Counted from the first letter of the stretch, positions 36,160-50,577 are shown. The stretch: DNA of 64,000 bases from Eledone cirrhosa (GCA_964016885.1 OZ024747.1:53630001-53694000); one strand, 5' to 3'. A program made the numbers and translations. The notes: generated by a model from the letters alone, not told the origin.

Positions 36160-37790
36160 AGCAGTAGCAAGCAATACCATCAACACCAACACCAACAAAC
36201 ATCAACATCAACACCAACAACAGCAAGCATCAAAATCAACACCAACAACAACACCAAGAAACATCAACATCAACACCAACAACAACAAACATCAACATCA
36301 ACAAACATCAACAACCACACCAACAACAACAAACATCAACAACAATACCAACAACAACACCAACAAACATCAACATCAACACCAACAACAACACCAACAA
36401 CAGCAAACATCAACATCAACACCAACAACAACAACAAAAAACATCAACATCAACACCAACAATAACACCAACAACAACAAACATCAACAACAACAACAAT
36501 AAAAAAAACAATGAAAGTAGCAATAATGGCCAACACTGACAATAGCAACAATAATAACAACAACACTGTGGCAACAACAATAAAAACACTACCAACAATA
36601 ACAACAACACTAACAACACTGCAGCAACAACAATAAAAACACTACCAACAATAACAACAACAACACTAACAACAACACTAACAACACTGTGGCAACAACA
36701 GTAAAACACTACCAACAATAACAACAACAACACCAACAATAACAACACTAACAACAACAACACTAACAACACTGTGGCAACAACAATAAAAACACTACCA
36801 ACAATAATAACAACACTAACAACACTGCGGCAACAACAATAAAAACACTACCAACAATAATAACAACACTAACAACACTGCGGCAACAACAATAAAAACA
36901 CTACCGACAATAATAACAACACTAACAACACTGCGGCAACAACAATAAAAACACTACCAACAATAATAACAACACTAACAACACTGCGGCAACAACAATA
37001 AAAACACTACCGACAATAATAACAACACTAACAACACTGCGGCAACAACAATAAAAACACTACCGACAATAATAACAACACTAACAACACTGCGGCAACA
37101 ACAATAAAAACACTACCAACAATAATAACAACACTAACAACACTGCGGCAACAACAATAAAAACACTACCGACAATAATAACAACACTAACAACACTGCG
37201 GCAACAACAATAAAAACACTACCAACAATAACAACAACACTAACAACACTGCGGCAACAACAATAAAAACACTACCAACAATAACAACAACAACACTAAC
37301 AACAACACTAACAACATTGTGGCAACAACAATAAAAACACTACCAACAATAACACTAACAACACTGCGGCAACAACAATAAAAACACTACCAACAATAAC
37401 ACTAACAACACTGCGGCAACAACAATAAAAACACTACCAACAATAACACTAACAACACTGCGGCAACAACAATAAAAACACTACCAACAATAACACTAAC
37501 AACACTGCGGCAACAACAATAAAAACACTACCAACAATAACACTAACAACACTGCGGCAACAACAATAAAAACACTACCAACAATAACACTAACAACACT
37601 GCGGCAACAACAATAAAAACACTACCAACAATAACACTAACAACACTGCGGCAACAACAATAAAAACACTACCAACAATAACACTAACAACACTGCGGCA
37701 ACAACAATAAAAACACTACCAACAATAACACTAACAACACTGCGGCAACAACAATAAAAACACTACCAACAACAACACTAACAACAAAAA
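36160..37790. repeat. AAC-rich minisatellite, 48-54-bp unit ACACTGCGGCAACAACAATAAAAACACTACCAACAATAACACTAACA
   Basis: Direct tandem repetition, with homogeneous blocks of 54-bp and then 48-bp units. Confidence 0.95.
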
Positions 37791-37956
37791 CAGATGAAAC
37801 ATCAACAAAAATAGCCAAACCATCATGACAGGACTCAATTTGGGTGTGTCCACCATAGAATGATAGGGAGGGGGAGTGAGACCGGAAAAGGGAGAGGGAG
37901 GGGCAGAGGTTAAAATATGGTGGGATGAAAGGAGACATAACTCTGTGATATTTCAT

Positions 37957-39545
37957 TGTTGTTGTTGTTGTTGGTTCTTGTATTGGTAGATGGTCTTTTG
38001 TTGTTGTTGTTGGTGATGGTAGTGGTGGTGGGGATGGTATAGGTGTTGTTGTTGTTGTTGTTGGTGGTGGTGGTATAGGTGTTGTTGTTATTGTTGGTGG
38101 TGGTTGTATAGGTGTTGTTGTTGGTGGTGATGGTGGTATAGGTGTTGTTGTTGGTGGTGGTATAGGTGTTGTTGTTGTTGGTGGTGGTGGTATAGGTGTT
38201 GTTGTTGTTGGTGGTGGTGGTATAGGTGTTGTTGTTGGTGATGGTAGTATAGGTGTTGTTGTTGTTGTTGTTGGTGGTGGTGGTATAGGTGCTGTTGGTG
38301 GTGGTGGTAGTGGTGGTGGTGGTATTGTTGTTGGTGGTGGTATAGGTGCTGTTGGTAGTGGTGGTAGTGGTGGTGGTGCTGTTGGTGGTGGTGTAGGTGC
38401 TGTTGGTGGTGGTGGTAGTGATGGTGGTGTTGTTGTTGGTGGTGGTGGTATAGGTGCTGTTGGTAGTGGTGGTGGTGGTGGTATAGGTGCTGTTGGTAGT
38501 GGTGGTGGTGGTGGTATAGGTGCTGTTGGTAGTGGTGGTGGTGGTGGTATAGGTGTTGTTGTTGGTGGTGGTATAGGTGCTGTTGGTGGTGGTGGTAGTG
38601 GTGGTGGTGTTGTTGTTGGTGGTGGTGGTATAGGTGCTGTTGGTAGTGGTGGTGGTGGTGGTATAGGTGCTGTTGGTAGTGGTGGTGGTGGTGGTATAGG
38701 TGTTGTTGGTGGTGGTGTAGGTGCTGTTGGTGGTGGTGGTAGTGGTGGTGGTGTTGTTGTTGGTGGTGGTGGTATAGGTGCTGTTGGTAGTGGTGGTGGT
38801 GGTGGTATAGGTGTTGTTGTTGGTGGTGGTATAGGTGTTGTTGTTGTTGTTGTTGGTGGTGGTATAGGTGCTGTTGGTGGTAGTGGTGGTGGTGGTGGTG
38901 TTGTTGGTGGTATAGGTGCTGTTGGTGGTGGTGGTAGTGGTGGTGTTGTTGTTGGTGGTATAAGTGCTGTTGGTGGTGGTGGTAATGGTGGTGGTGTTGT
39001 TGTTGGTGGTGGTGGTGGTAGTGGTGGTGGTGGTGTTGTTGTTGGTGGTATAAGTGCTGTTGGTGGTAGTGGTGGTGGTGGTGGTGTTGTTGGTGGTATA
39101 AGTGCTGTTGGTGGTAATGGTGGTGGTGTTGTTGTTGGTGGTGGTATAGGTGCTGTTGGTGGTGGTGGTAGTGGTGGTGGTGTTGTTGTTGGTGGTTGTA
39201 GTGGTAGTGGTGGTGGTGGTGTTTTTGGTGGTGGTGGTAGTGGTGGTGGTGTTGTTGTTGGTGGTGGTAGTGGTATAGGTGTTGGTGGTGGTGGTGGTGG
39301 TTGTTGTTTAGGTGTTGTCATTGTTGTTGTTGTTGTTGCTGGTGGTGGTGGTGGTATAGGTGCTGTTGTTGGTGGTGGTAGGTGGTCTCTTGTCATTGCT
39401 GTTGTTGGTGGAAGTGGTGGTGGTATAGGTGTTGTTGTTGTTGATGGTGGTATAGAGATTGTTGTTGTTGTTGTTGTTGTTAATGCCATTGTTGTTTGTA
39501 GTGGTGGCATCGACATTGTTGTTGTTGTTGCTGTTGTTGTTGTCC
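37957..39545. repeat. (GGT/GTT)n compound array with ATAGGTGCTGTT spacers
   Basis: Triplet-based repeat that gives a Pro/Thr ORF on the minus strand. Confidence 0.92.
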
Positions 39546-39735
39546 TTATTTTCATTTCTGTATTCTCCCTTTCTTCTCATTTTAGCTTTACTACAATTTA
39601 ATGAGATTTCATATAACTATTAAAGTATTTTCTTTGTGAAACCTGATGCTGTTGATGATGATGAGGTTGAGGATGAGTATGACGATTAAGAGGACGATGA
39701 TGATGATGGTGTTGATGACAGTAATAGTACTATTT

Positions 39736-39852
<117 letters not shown>

Positions 39853-40319
39853 TAGTAGTAGTAGTAGTAGTAAAACAGTGAGGAGAAATAAGTAAAGGAG
39901 AGATAAACGAAAGCAACAATCAGGTTAATATCTAAAGCAATAAAAATGATATTAACAATACAATCATCATCACAAGTAACAACGTCATCATCACAAACAA
40001 AAACACCACCACCAATAACTGCATTATCTTCCCAAACAACAACATCAACAACACCAACAAAAAAAATTCATCATGATCTCCCCCCCCCCCCCCCGCCAAA
40101 AGCCACAGTGATAATTATTTCTTTTAAATATTTATGTTTTAAGAGGGTAATAGGTTTAATTACATGGTATGAGAAAACTGGGTGTAGTTAATAAAACTTA
40201 GCTCTAAACTTCCTGAAATGATTTAGCAGAAAATATTTGTTAATTCAAATGTTTATTGTACCTTTACTAGTGAACAGATTGTTGTGAACATTTACAGTAA
40301 ACTAAATTAAGGACATTGA

Positions 40320-40486
40320 ATTGGCAGTATCGGTAGAGGGTCGGACGCCATGCTTTCCAGCATAGTTACGTCTATTTACGGTCTGAGTTCAAATCCTGTT
40401 GAGGTTAACTTTGCCTTTCATCCTTACCGGGTCGATAAAATAAAGTACCAGTAATGAACTGGGTTGTGCCAAAAGTAGAAACAATT
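40320..40486 (+). mobile_element. Meta/Sauria-domain-like SINE
   Basis: TGGCAGTATCGG A-box-like head, GAGTTCAAATCC B box, GCCTTTCATCCTTAC.GGGTCGATAAAATAAAGTACCAG core. Confidence 0.88.
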
Positions 40487-40839
40487 AAATTTTAAAGTGA
40501 TGCAATCATAGTAATGTTTTGTACTTTCCAAATATGTTTTGCTAATGTGGTTTCATGTTAGTAGTACTTAAATAATAGCTATCACTCCTAATGTAGTATT
40601 GTTGTTGCTACTGTTGTTGTTGCTACTGTTGTTGTTGTTGAGGTATAAGGACACGATCAAGAATATTTTGTAAAAAGGTAAGATTCTTCACTGCTGGAGG
40701 CATTATGTCAATGACAGACCAATATGGCGGAAGCTAATCCATGATGTAAGTATCGATTTTGAAAACCAGAGGAAGCAGGACAAGAAGAAGAAAAGGGAGA
40801 AACAACACAATACCCGACCAGATTGACTAATATGATTCA

Positions 40840-41025
40840 TTCTACTTTTGGCACAAGGCCAGCAATTATCCCAGTGTATTACTGGTACTTTATTTTATCG
40901 ACCCCCATAAGGATGAAAGGCAAAGTTAACGTCGGTGGGATTTGAACTCAGACCATAAAGGGCCGTGACTCTTTGTTGCAAAGCATGGCGTCAGACCCTC
41001 TACCGATACTGCCAATCCACCACCA
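40840..41025 (-). mobile_element. Meta/Sauria-domain-like SINE
   Basis: Family match. Confidence 0.88.
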
Positions 41026-41195
41026 CTTGCCAATCCAATTAGATCAACTAATATAATGAACGGACTTAGTTATGCTACTAATATAGACTTTTGTATATAT
41101 GTATATATATGTGACTAACTGGAATGACTGTTTGGATATTTGGCTGACACTCATCTTGTGAATTGTTGTTTGCCTGTATTGGGACTAAGCTATTT

Positions 41196-42050
41196 TTTGT
41201 TGCTGTTGTTGTTGTTGTTGTTGTTGATACTGTTGTTGTTGTTGCTGATACTGTTGTTGTTGTTGATATTGTTGTTGTTGTTGATACTGTTGTTGATGTT
41301 GATATTGTTGTTGTTGTTGTTGTTGATATTGTTGTTGTTGCTGATACTGTTGTTGTTGTTGATATTGTTGTTGTTGTTGTTGTAATAGTTGTTGTTGTTG
41401 CTGATACTGTTGTTGTTGTAATAGTTGTTGTTGTTGCTGTTGTTGTTGTTGATATTGTTGTTGTTGTTGTTGCTGATACTGTTGTTGTTGGTGTAATAGT
41501 TGTTGTTGCTGTTGTTGTTGTTGTTGATATTGTTGTTGTTGTTGTTGCTGCTGATACTGCTGTTATTGTTGTTGCTGATACTGTTGTTGTTGTTGTTGTT
41601 GTAGTAGTTGTTGTTGCTGTTGTTGTTGATATTGTTGTTGATATTGTTGTTGTTGTTGTTGCTGATACTGTTGTTGTTGTAATAGTTGTTGTTGCTGTTG
41701 TTGTTGATGTTGTTGTTGTTGTTGCTGATACTGTTGTTGTTGTTGTTGCTGATACTGTTGTTGTTGTTGTAATAGTTGTTGTTGTTGTTGTTGTTGTTGC
41801 TGATACTGTTGTTGTTGTAATAGTTGTTGTTGTTGTAATAGTTGTTGTTACTGTTGTTGTTGTTGATGTTGTTGATATTGTTGTTGTTGTTGTTGTTATT
41901 GTTGATACTGTTGCTGTTGTTGTTGTTGATATTGTTGTTGTTGATACTGTTGTTGTTGTTGCTGTTGCTGTTGTTGATATTGTTGTTGTTGCTGATGCTG
42001 TTTTTGTTAGTGTTGTAATTGTTGTTGTTGTTGTTGTTGTTGTAATAGTT
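41196..42050. repeat. (GTT)n array with GATACT/GATATT/GTAATA interruptions
   Basis: Direct inspection. Confidence 0.93.
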
Positions 42051-42435
42051 TATATCACTGAGCTTCATTTACTTGTTTTATGTTAATCATATCTTATTCA
42101 TATGTAATAATTGTTTCTACTTTTGGCACAAGGCCAGCAATTAACCAGTGTATTACTGGTACTTTATTTATTCATATGTAATAATATTCTGTTGTTGTTC
42201 TTGTTGTTGTAACATCTCAATAATTTAGAATTAAAGACTAAAGGAAAGATTTTAAAACAACAACAGCAACAATAACACCACCAACAACAACAAAAGCAGC
42301 ACCACAACAATAATGATGACAACAGTAACACCAACACCAACATAAACAACAACAATGATGGCAACACCAACAAAAACATAAACATTACAAACAACAACAA
42401 CAACAACAACAACACTATCATCAACAATAATAACT

Positions 42436-42623
42436 ATTTCTACTTTAGGCACAAGGCCAGCAATTATCCCAGTGTATTACTGGTACTTTATTTTATCTAC
42501 CCCGTAAGGATGAAAGGCAAAGTTAACCTCGGCGGGATTTGAACTCAGATCATAAAGGGACGTAACTCTATGCTTTCAAAGCATGGTGTCCGACTCTCTA
42601 CCAATACTGCCAATCCACCGCCT
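42436..42623 (-). mobile_element. Meta/Sauria-domain-like SINE with TSD
   Basis: TATCATCAACAATAATAAC is duplicated on both sides. Confidence 0.9.
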
Positions 42624-42749
42624 TATCATCAACAATAATAACAACAACAACAAGAACAACAACAGCAACCCATCATCAACAACAATGACACTGATGATAA
42701 CAACACCACCACCACCACCAATAACAAGTTACATTATTTGTTGCTAACC

Positions 42750-43024
42750 ACCCCTCTACCCAGTCTCTACCCACCTCTCTCTCTCTACCTATACCCTCAC
42801 TCTCTCTACCTATACCCCCACTCTCTCTATCTATACCCCCACTCTCTCTATCTATACCCCCTCTCTCTCTCTACCTATACTCCCACTCTCTCTATCTATA
42901 CCCCCACTCTCTTTCTGTCTCACCCATTCCGTCTCTCCTCCCATCTCTCTCTCTTTCTCAACTTCTCCCTCTGTCTGTCTCTCTCTCTCTCTGTCTCACC
43001 CCTCTCTATCTCTCTCCCCCTCTG

Positions 43025-43055
<31 letters not shown>

Positions 43056-43318
43056 GTGTCTCACCCTCTCTGTCTCTCCCAATCTCTCTCTCTCTCTCCC
43101 TCTCTCTCGCTCTCTCTGTCTCACCTTCTCTATCTCTCTCCCATCCCTCTCTCTCCATCTCATCCTCTCTGTCTCTCATCCCTCTCTCTCTCTCTCTGTC
43201 TCACCCCTCTCTATCTCTCTCCCCATCTCTCTCTCTCTCTGTCTCACCCACTCTGTCCCTCCCACCATCTCTCTCTCTCTCTCTCTCTCTCCCTCTCTCT
43301 CTCTCTCTGTGTCTCTGT
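42750..43318. repeat. CT-rich polypyrimidine compound microsatellite
   Basis: Direct inspection. Confidence 0.9.
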
Positions 43319-43410
43319 TAATTAGGGATCATTAAATCTTTATGATGACAGATGACATTCTGGAGACTATTTGATTATAATCTCATGATTGATAACCTCT
43401 CATTTTCATA

Positions 43411-43424
43411 GTTTCCATAGCAAC
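43411..43424. promoter_or_regulatory. Candidate RFX X-box GTTTCCATAGCAAC
   Basis: Matches the 14-bp X-box pattern GTT.CC-AT-RGYAAC in non-repeat sequence. An extra half-site CCATAGTAAC lies at ~43465-43474. Confidence 0.35.
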
Positions 43425-43644
43425 AACAGCAGCAGCAGCATCACTAAGGGTAACTAACAGCCACCCATAGTAACCAGGGTAAAGGCTGTGATAGAAAGGT
43501 ACACATGTGTGAGTGAGTGTGTCTGTATGTGTGTATAAGTACATATATATGTGTGTGTGTGTGTATGAGAGTGGAGTCATTGGAGCACCATGGTGTTTCT
43601 TAAACATTTTAATAATGGTCTGAACACACCAATTTCTTCTAGAG

Positions 43645-43751
<107 letters not shown>

Positions 43752-44402
43752 GTTACTAACTGAGAGAGGTAATGAAATGGAGATATAGAAGAAGAATGGA
43801 CCACAGTATTTAACTGGTACATTTTTATCAACCTTGAAAGGATGAAAGGCAAAGTTGACCTCAGCAGAATTTGAACTCAAAAAGGATAGACAACTGGAAT
43901 GACTAATGCAAATCATTTTCTCTCTCACTCTAACAACTCCTCCAATTAACTGCTTAGTGTGTGTTTACGTGTGGTGTGATGGAGAGGGTTATGGTTAAAT
44001 AAAAATGAAATGAAATTTACATCTCACGTCAATGTAGGTTTAGTTGGCCCCCTATGAAGTTGCATCTCTTAGTAGGTTTTTTTGGTGCTTTAATGACTCA
44101 AGAAGCCAATGTTGTTATCTGGTCTAGAAATTTAACTCACAATCTAACAAACAGGAATCCCAAACACTAGCAATAGGCCATGTGTCTGTAAGAGTGGCAG
44201 ATATTTTGTATATTTGTTAGTTGGGAGTGTTTATCTTAACAAAAAAACAATAACTGAACTTCAATTAACTTTGGAAACAATAACACATTTGGAGAGATTT
44301 AGTAATATAACTGGCATTTTCCTTATTAAGCTGATTTTTGGAATATAACAAATGTTTTTACATAAAATTATAGTGGAAGAATGTTAGATAAAGGTAAGCT
44401 CT

Positions 44403-44819
44403 TTAACACTTTCATTACTATATTTCTAATTAAAAAAAATGACTATGATTTTCAAATAACCAAGAACTTGGGAGAATTTAGTAATATAACTAATATTCTT
44501 ATTATCAAGCTGGAGTTTGGATATAACTTCATAAAATCTCTTATAAAAAAATTATGATGGAATGTTTTTAGATAAACATTTTAAAATAAACACTTTCATT
44601 GGCATATTTTAAATAAAAACAATACCTATGATTTTCAAATAATTTTGAAAATAATAAAAAATTTGGAAGGATTTAGTTGAGTAACTAACATTCTCATTAA
44701 TAAGCTAGTGTTTGGAATATAACAAAAACTCTTACATAAAATTATGATGGAACATTTTTAGATTAATTAGAAATCAGAAATAGTGTCTTTTATTAAAAAT
44801 GTGTCCATGAAAGTGTTAA
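44403..44819. mobile_element. TTAA-flanked MITE (piggyBac-like) with tandem partial copies
   Basis: TTAA|CACTTTCAT ... ATGAAAGTG|TTAA. The ~190-bp internal unit is repeated, including upstream at ~44265-44395. Confidence 0.55.
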
Positions 44820-45020
44820 AAAGCAGTTTAGCAGGTTTTCAGTTTGAAGATATCTTCCACACTGTCTCTCACCTGTATTGGATGCACTGAAAAGGGACAA
44901 AAACACTACCTTTCTCTCCTTGAATAAACATTATAAACAAACATAAACACTCATATGAAAATACATGTATACATACATGTAAAACATTCCATAAGTTTAA
45001 TATATAACTTCATATACACA

Positions 45021-45071
<51 letters not shown>

Positions 45072-45165
45072 GCAGGATATCCCCCCAAAATGTATACACA
45101 CTTTGATTATGTATACAGACATATTATTAGAATGCTGTTGAAGTCTGTATATATTTGTGGGACAC

Positions 45166-45209
<44 letters not shown>

Positions 45210-46064
45210 AGTGGTCAGTGGTTAACAGAGGGACAATCCACCAGGTGGGTGACAGACAGATAAAATATAGAAAAGATTGATAGAGGAAGAGGACAAGGAG
45301 AAGAAATAAAGAAAGAAAGGCAATGTACAAGACAACTTTACACACACATCTTCACCATCATCAGCTCTCTAACCAGCAAATTGGTTTCACACGATTTAAT
45401 TGAGATTTCCAGTTTAAAATGCTTGATCATGCAACAGAAAAATAAATCTTTCTGCTGGCATGATGTGTGTTTGACAAAATAAACAGCACAAATAGAAAGA
45501 CTAAAGAAACAATGGAAAGAAAATAATGGGATAGTGGATCTCAAGCTGTAGTGTCTGTCCTAAATAGAAAGCTAATCATAGCCATGATAAAGTTAAAACA
45601 ATCTGTCTCTGATCAAGATGAAGCAAGAGTGTATTTGATTGAATACATATAAAAATGAGAAAACTCATCAGTAGAACAGTCGGTAAAACAGCTACAATTT
45701 GTCAAAGACAGCATTTGGAAAAAAATGCAATGACATCTATATAAGCATACGTACATACACATGCACACATACATACATATATACTTACATAATTATATAG
45801 TTGGTGTTTAAAATCCCAAAACGGACACTTCTTTCAGAGCTAGAAACCTGCTCTCTATTGTTAAGAAATTTTGAAAAATAAAACCAGAAGATCATACATA
45901 CATACATTACAATCACACACACACACACACACACATACACACACACATATATAAATGTTATATCATCATCATCATTTAATGTTAATTATATATAAGTGTA
46001 GAAAAGCACACATAGATATACATAAAGATACACATAATACAAAAAACATACAATATACACTCAC

Positions 46065-46421
46065 CATCATCATCATCATCATCATCATCATTTCATTTTA
46101 CGTCCACTTTTTCCCTGCTTGCAAGGGTGGGATGGGAACTGATTCTGGCTTGATTTCTACAGCTGGATGCCCTTCCTAACACCAACCTCATTTACAGTGA
46201 GTGCTGGGTGCTTTTTTTTGCCGTGGCACTTACATGACCAATTTGCAGTGGAATGATAGGGACCCCAGTCCCTATCATCTCATTTCTACAGCTGAGTAAA
46301 CTGGAGCAATGTGAAATAAAGTGTCTTGCTCAAGGAAACAACACATCACCCGGTCCGAGAATTGAACTCACAACCTTTCGATTGCAAGGCCAATGCTCTA
46401 ACCACTAAGCCATGTGCCTCC
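46065..46421 (-). mobile_element. CORE-like SINE with RTE-type tail
   Basis: Reverse complement of the 23139-23530 family. Confidence 0.88.
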
Positions 46422-46846
46422 TCATATACATACATATATGTATATTAGAACATAACCACACACGTACAAACAGTATAACAAACACAGACATGCTCTCAAC
46501 ACATACACATTATACTCACATGTATATGTTAGGTTGTATGTCTCCGAAATATAATATGTAATTAGTATATATATATATATACTGCAAGCAGGCAAAAGCG
46601 GACGTAAAATGATGATGATGATGATGAAGATGATCTATATATATATATAAACATATATATATATATATACATTGCATATTATATAGAGTTTGGAGAGATA
46701 AAGTAACGTTTATGTATGTATGTGCGTGTATATATATATAAATTATATATATATATATATATATACATATAAACATATATATATATACATTGCATATTAT
46801 ATAGAGTTTGTAGACATAAAGTAACGTTTATTATGTATGTATGTGC

Positions 46847-46877
<31 letters not shown>

Positions 46878-47230
46878 AAAGGCCAGAGGATAGATTACTG
46901 GAGATAAAATACATCCTTGCTGTTTCTACAGAAACTAAGACATTCTTTAGCGAAGACAAAAGGACGTTGAGAGTTGCAGGTTTTTCCTGGCTACTTGGTG
47001 TTCATATAACCATTGTCAAGGGACTAAAAACAGCCCCAAGTAATTTTAGGTAAGAAAGGAAGATTCCTCTAGTCAAACAACGCTCCAAGAATTACTAACA
47101 TCATTTAATCAGAGAGCAATTGCCATACGGTTTCCTATTTGCTTTGTTTGGATATATATATATATATATATATATATGGGCGTATATATATACATATCTA
47201 TCTATTTATATATATATATATGCATTAATA

Positions 47231-47271
<41 letters not shown>

Positions 47272-47937
47272 ATATACATATATAGGTAGGTAAATAAGTC
47301 TGTATATATATATTTATGCTTTTATGGCGCTGCTTTCCTACCAAAACCATTGTCACAGAATCACACAACTTGATAGCTCCAAGGAATTTTTCAGTGGGAA
47401 GAAAGGATCCTGTGGACAAGTTTGCTCCAAGTGAAAACTATATTCTTATGACACTGGGGTTAGTTTTACTACTATCCCAAACTTTCTAACTTTCACTTCG
47501 CCCCCCCCCCCCCCCCCACTTCATATTGCTTCTTTATTTTTCATTCTTTTTACCATTTTTTATTAATCTTTATTATTTTGTCTTTTACCCCGTCTTCTAC
47601 AACTTCTCCCGTGTTCTTCATTTCACTCTGCTAATTGGTTCTCTAAAGCCATCCTCACCACTCAGAGAAGAACACAACAGTAGAGAAAGAGAACATGAGC
47701 AGAACATAAAACAAGAAGAACAGTTCAAAGAAGAAGACGATGTCCCATGGACAACATTGCCATTGGTAGAAAAACAAATCTAATCATATCACTTCATATC
47801 ACCATTCATTTTTGTCTTAGAAATTATTCTAATTCTTTTTATATTATTTTTGTCAGGAGGGGGGTGTTTAGCAATGTCTTTAGGAAATTGATTCATTATT
47901 ATTGTCATTATATGCCATATATATTGTCATTATTGCT

Positions 47938-48085
47938 TGCTTTCCAGCATAGTTACGTCCCTTTACGATCTGAGTTCAAATCCCGCCGAGGTTGACTTTG
48001 CCTTTCATCCTTACGGGGTCGATAAAATAAAATACCAGTAATGCACTGGGTAATTGCTGGCCTTGTGCCTAAAGTAGAAACAATT
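47938..48085 (+). mobile_element. Meta/Sauria-domain-like SINE (5'-truncated)
   Basis: Family match. Confidence 0.85.
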
Positions 48086-48097
48086 ATTGCTATCATC

Positions 48098-48543
48098 AGT
48101 AGTAGTAGTAGTAGTAGTAGTGATGGTGGTGGTAGTAGTAGTAGTGATGGTGGTGGTAGTAGTTGTAGTAGTGCTGGTAGTAGTGCTGGTAGTAGTATTG
48201 GTGGTGGTAGAAGTAGTGGTGGTGGTAGTAGTAGTAATATTGTTGGTGGTGGTAGTAGTAGTATTGATGGTGGTGGTGGTAGTAGCTGTGATGGTGGTGG
48301 TGGTGGTGGTGATGGTGATGGTAATAGTGGCAGTAGTGCTGGTAGTAGTATTGATGGTGGTGGTAGTAATAGTAGTATTGGTGGTGGTGGTGATAGTAGT
48401 AGTATCGGTGGTAGTAGTAGTATTGGTGGTGGTGGTAGTAGTAGTATTGGTGGTGGTGGTAGTAGTAGTATTAGTATTCGTGGTGGTGGTGGTGCTAATA
48501 GTAGAAGTAGTAGTAGTAGTAGCAGTATTGGTGGTGGTGGTGA

Positions 48544-48606
<63 letters not shown>
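48098..48606. repeat. (AGT/GGT)n compound array
   Basis: Direct inspection. Confidence 0.9.
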
Positions 48607-48769
48607 AATATACTCCCCACCATCAGCTCTGTACTGGTTTGTCCTTGTCCTGTCACCTCATCTATTATCACCCTCCTAGCAAATATATAAAATAAAGTAA
48701 TTATTAATGTTGTTGTTATTATAAGTCCTATTCTTCTGATGTCCTTGTGGCAAATAAATGAAATATCAT

Positions 48770-48960
48770 GGCGGTGGATTGACAGTATCGGTAGAGGGTC
48801 GGATGCCATGCTCTGATGCATAGAGTTACGGCCCTTTATGATCTGAGTTCAAATCCCGCCGAGGTTAACTTTGCCTTTCATCCTTACGGGGGTCGATAAA
48901 ATAAAGTACCAGTAATGTACTGGGTTATTGCTGGCCTTGTGCCAAAAGTAGAAACAATTA
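48770..48960 (+). mobile_element. Meta/Sauria-domain-like SINE, full length
   Basis: Runs from GGCGGTGGATTG head to GTAGAAACAATTA tail. Confidence 0.9.
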
Positions 48961-49004
48961 TTACTTTTATTATTAATTGCTAGTAGTAGAAGAAGTAGTA
49001 GTAA

Positions 49005-49194
49005 TAATTGTTTCTACGTTTGGCACAAGGCCAGCAAATACCCAGTACATTACCGGTACTTTATTTTATCAACCCCGTAAGGATGAAAGGCAAAGTTAAC
49101 CTCGGCGGGATTTGAACTCAGAATGGCAAGGGCCGTAACTCTATGCTTCTAAGCATGGCGTCCGACCCTCTACTGATACTGCCAATCCACCGCC
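49005..49194 (-). mobile_element. Meta/Sauria-domain-like SINE, full length, inverted partner
   Basis: Reverse complement of 48770-48960. Confidence 0.9.
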
Positions 49195-50071
49195 CTTGTA
49201 GTAGTAGTAATAGTAATAATAGTAGTAGTAGTAATAATAGCAGTATATTTTATTACTAATATTATTACTACTATATTTGTAGGTTTAATAGGGATGTCCC
49301 TACATTACACAATTAAGTGGATCTCCATGTGCTTCAGGTGTATATATGTGTGCACATAGGTGTATATGTATGTATGTATATAAGTATGTATATATATATA
49401 TATATGCATGTGGTTAGCTATCTATCAATCTATCTATCTATCTATCTATATATCTATATATATATATGAATATATGCCCACACACACATACAGAAACATC
49501 TATCCATCTATATATATATATGTATATATGCACACGCACACATACACACACACAAATATACAGATGTATGCATATATATATACAGATGTGTGTATATATA
49601 TATATACATATATATATGTATATATGTATGTATATATATGTATATATATATACATATATATATGTATATATGTATGTATATATATGTATATATATACATA
49701 TATATATACAGAGAGAAAGAGAGAGATAGAGATAAAAGATCTATGACTTATAATTGTGACATGGTTGGTGCCATTCAGTCTGCAGGGTCAAAGCATGAGG
49801 TTTTGCATAGGGAAGGGCTAGGGCTGTATTTAGGATATTTGGAAGTATTTAGAGGGGTCAGAGATATGTAGTAGTCCTGTTGTTATCAATGTGGCCCACA
49901 GCATTCCATTGTGAAATACAAAGAATTCACCAAAACAAGCTTTATTTCTGATTGTGTATTCTTTACTTATGTTTTACTTGTTCAACTCTTGCCCCTGCCC
50001 CCAAACAGTAGTGCCATATAAATATGTATGTATGTGTGTGTGTGTGTATATATATATATGTATATATATAT

Positions 50072-50150
<79 letters not shown>

Positions 50151-50260
50151 CATATAAATATGTATGTATACTCTTTTACTCTTTTACCTGTTCCAGCCAT
50201 CCAGCTGAGGCCATGCTGTATGTATATATATATGTCATGTAAATATGTATATATGTATGT

Positions 50261-50577
50261 GAAGGCACATGCCTTTGTGGTTAAGGTATTTGATTCACAA
50301 TCGTAAGGTCATGAGTTCAATTCCAGGCAGCACATTGTGTCCTTTTGCAAGACACTTTATTTCACGTTGCTCAGCCCACCTAGCTGGCAAAAATGAGTTG
50401 TACCTGTAATTCAGCCATATCACATTCTGTGTCATGCTAAATCTCCCTGAGAATTACATTAGGGGTACATGTGTCTGTTGAATGCTCAGCCACTTGCATA
50501 TTAATTTGATGAGCAGACAGTTCTGTTGATTGGATCAACTGGAACACTCATTGCCGTTACCAACGGTGTGCCAGTTA
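50261..50577 (+). mobile_element. CORE-like tRNA SINE with a different (non-RTE-A) tail
   Basis: tRNA-like head and CAAGACACTTTATTTCAC..GCTCAG core. The tail resembles 35810-35910 and 54335-54480. Confidence 0.75.

Noticed and set aside
36770-37760. Regularly spaced repeats resembling a CRISPR array
   Set aside because: The units are contiguous with no unique spacers, the context is eukaryotic, and there are no cas genes.
37684-39555. Mucin/extensin-like Pro/Thr ORF
   Set aside because: Codon monotony and repeat structure explain the open frame. There is no signal peptide or flanking exon support.
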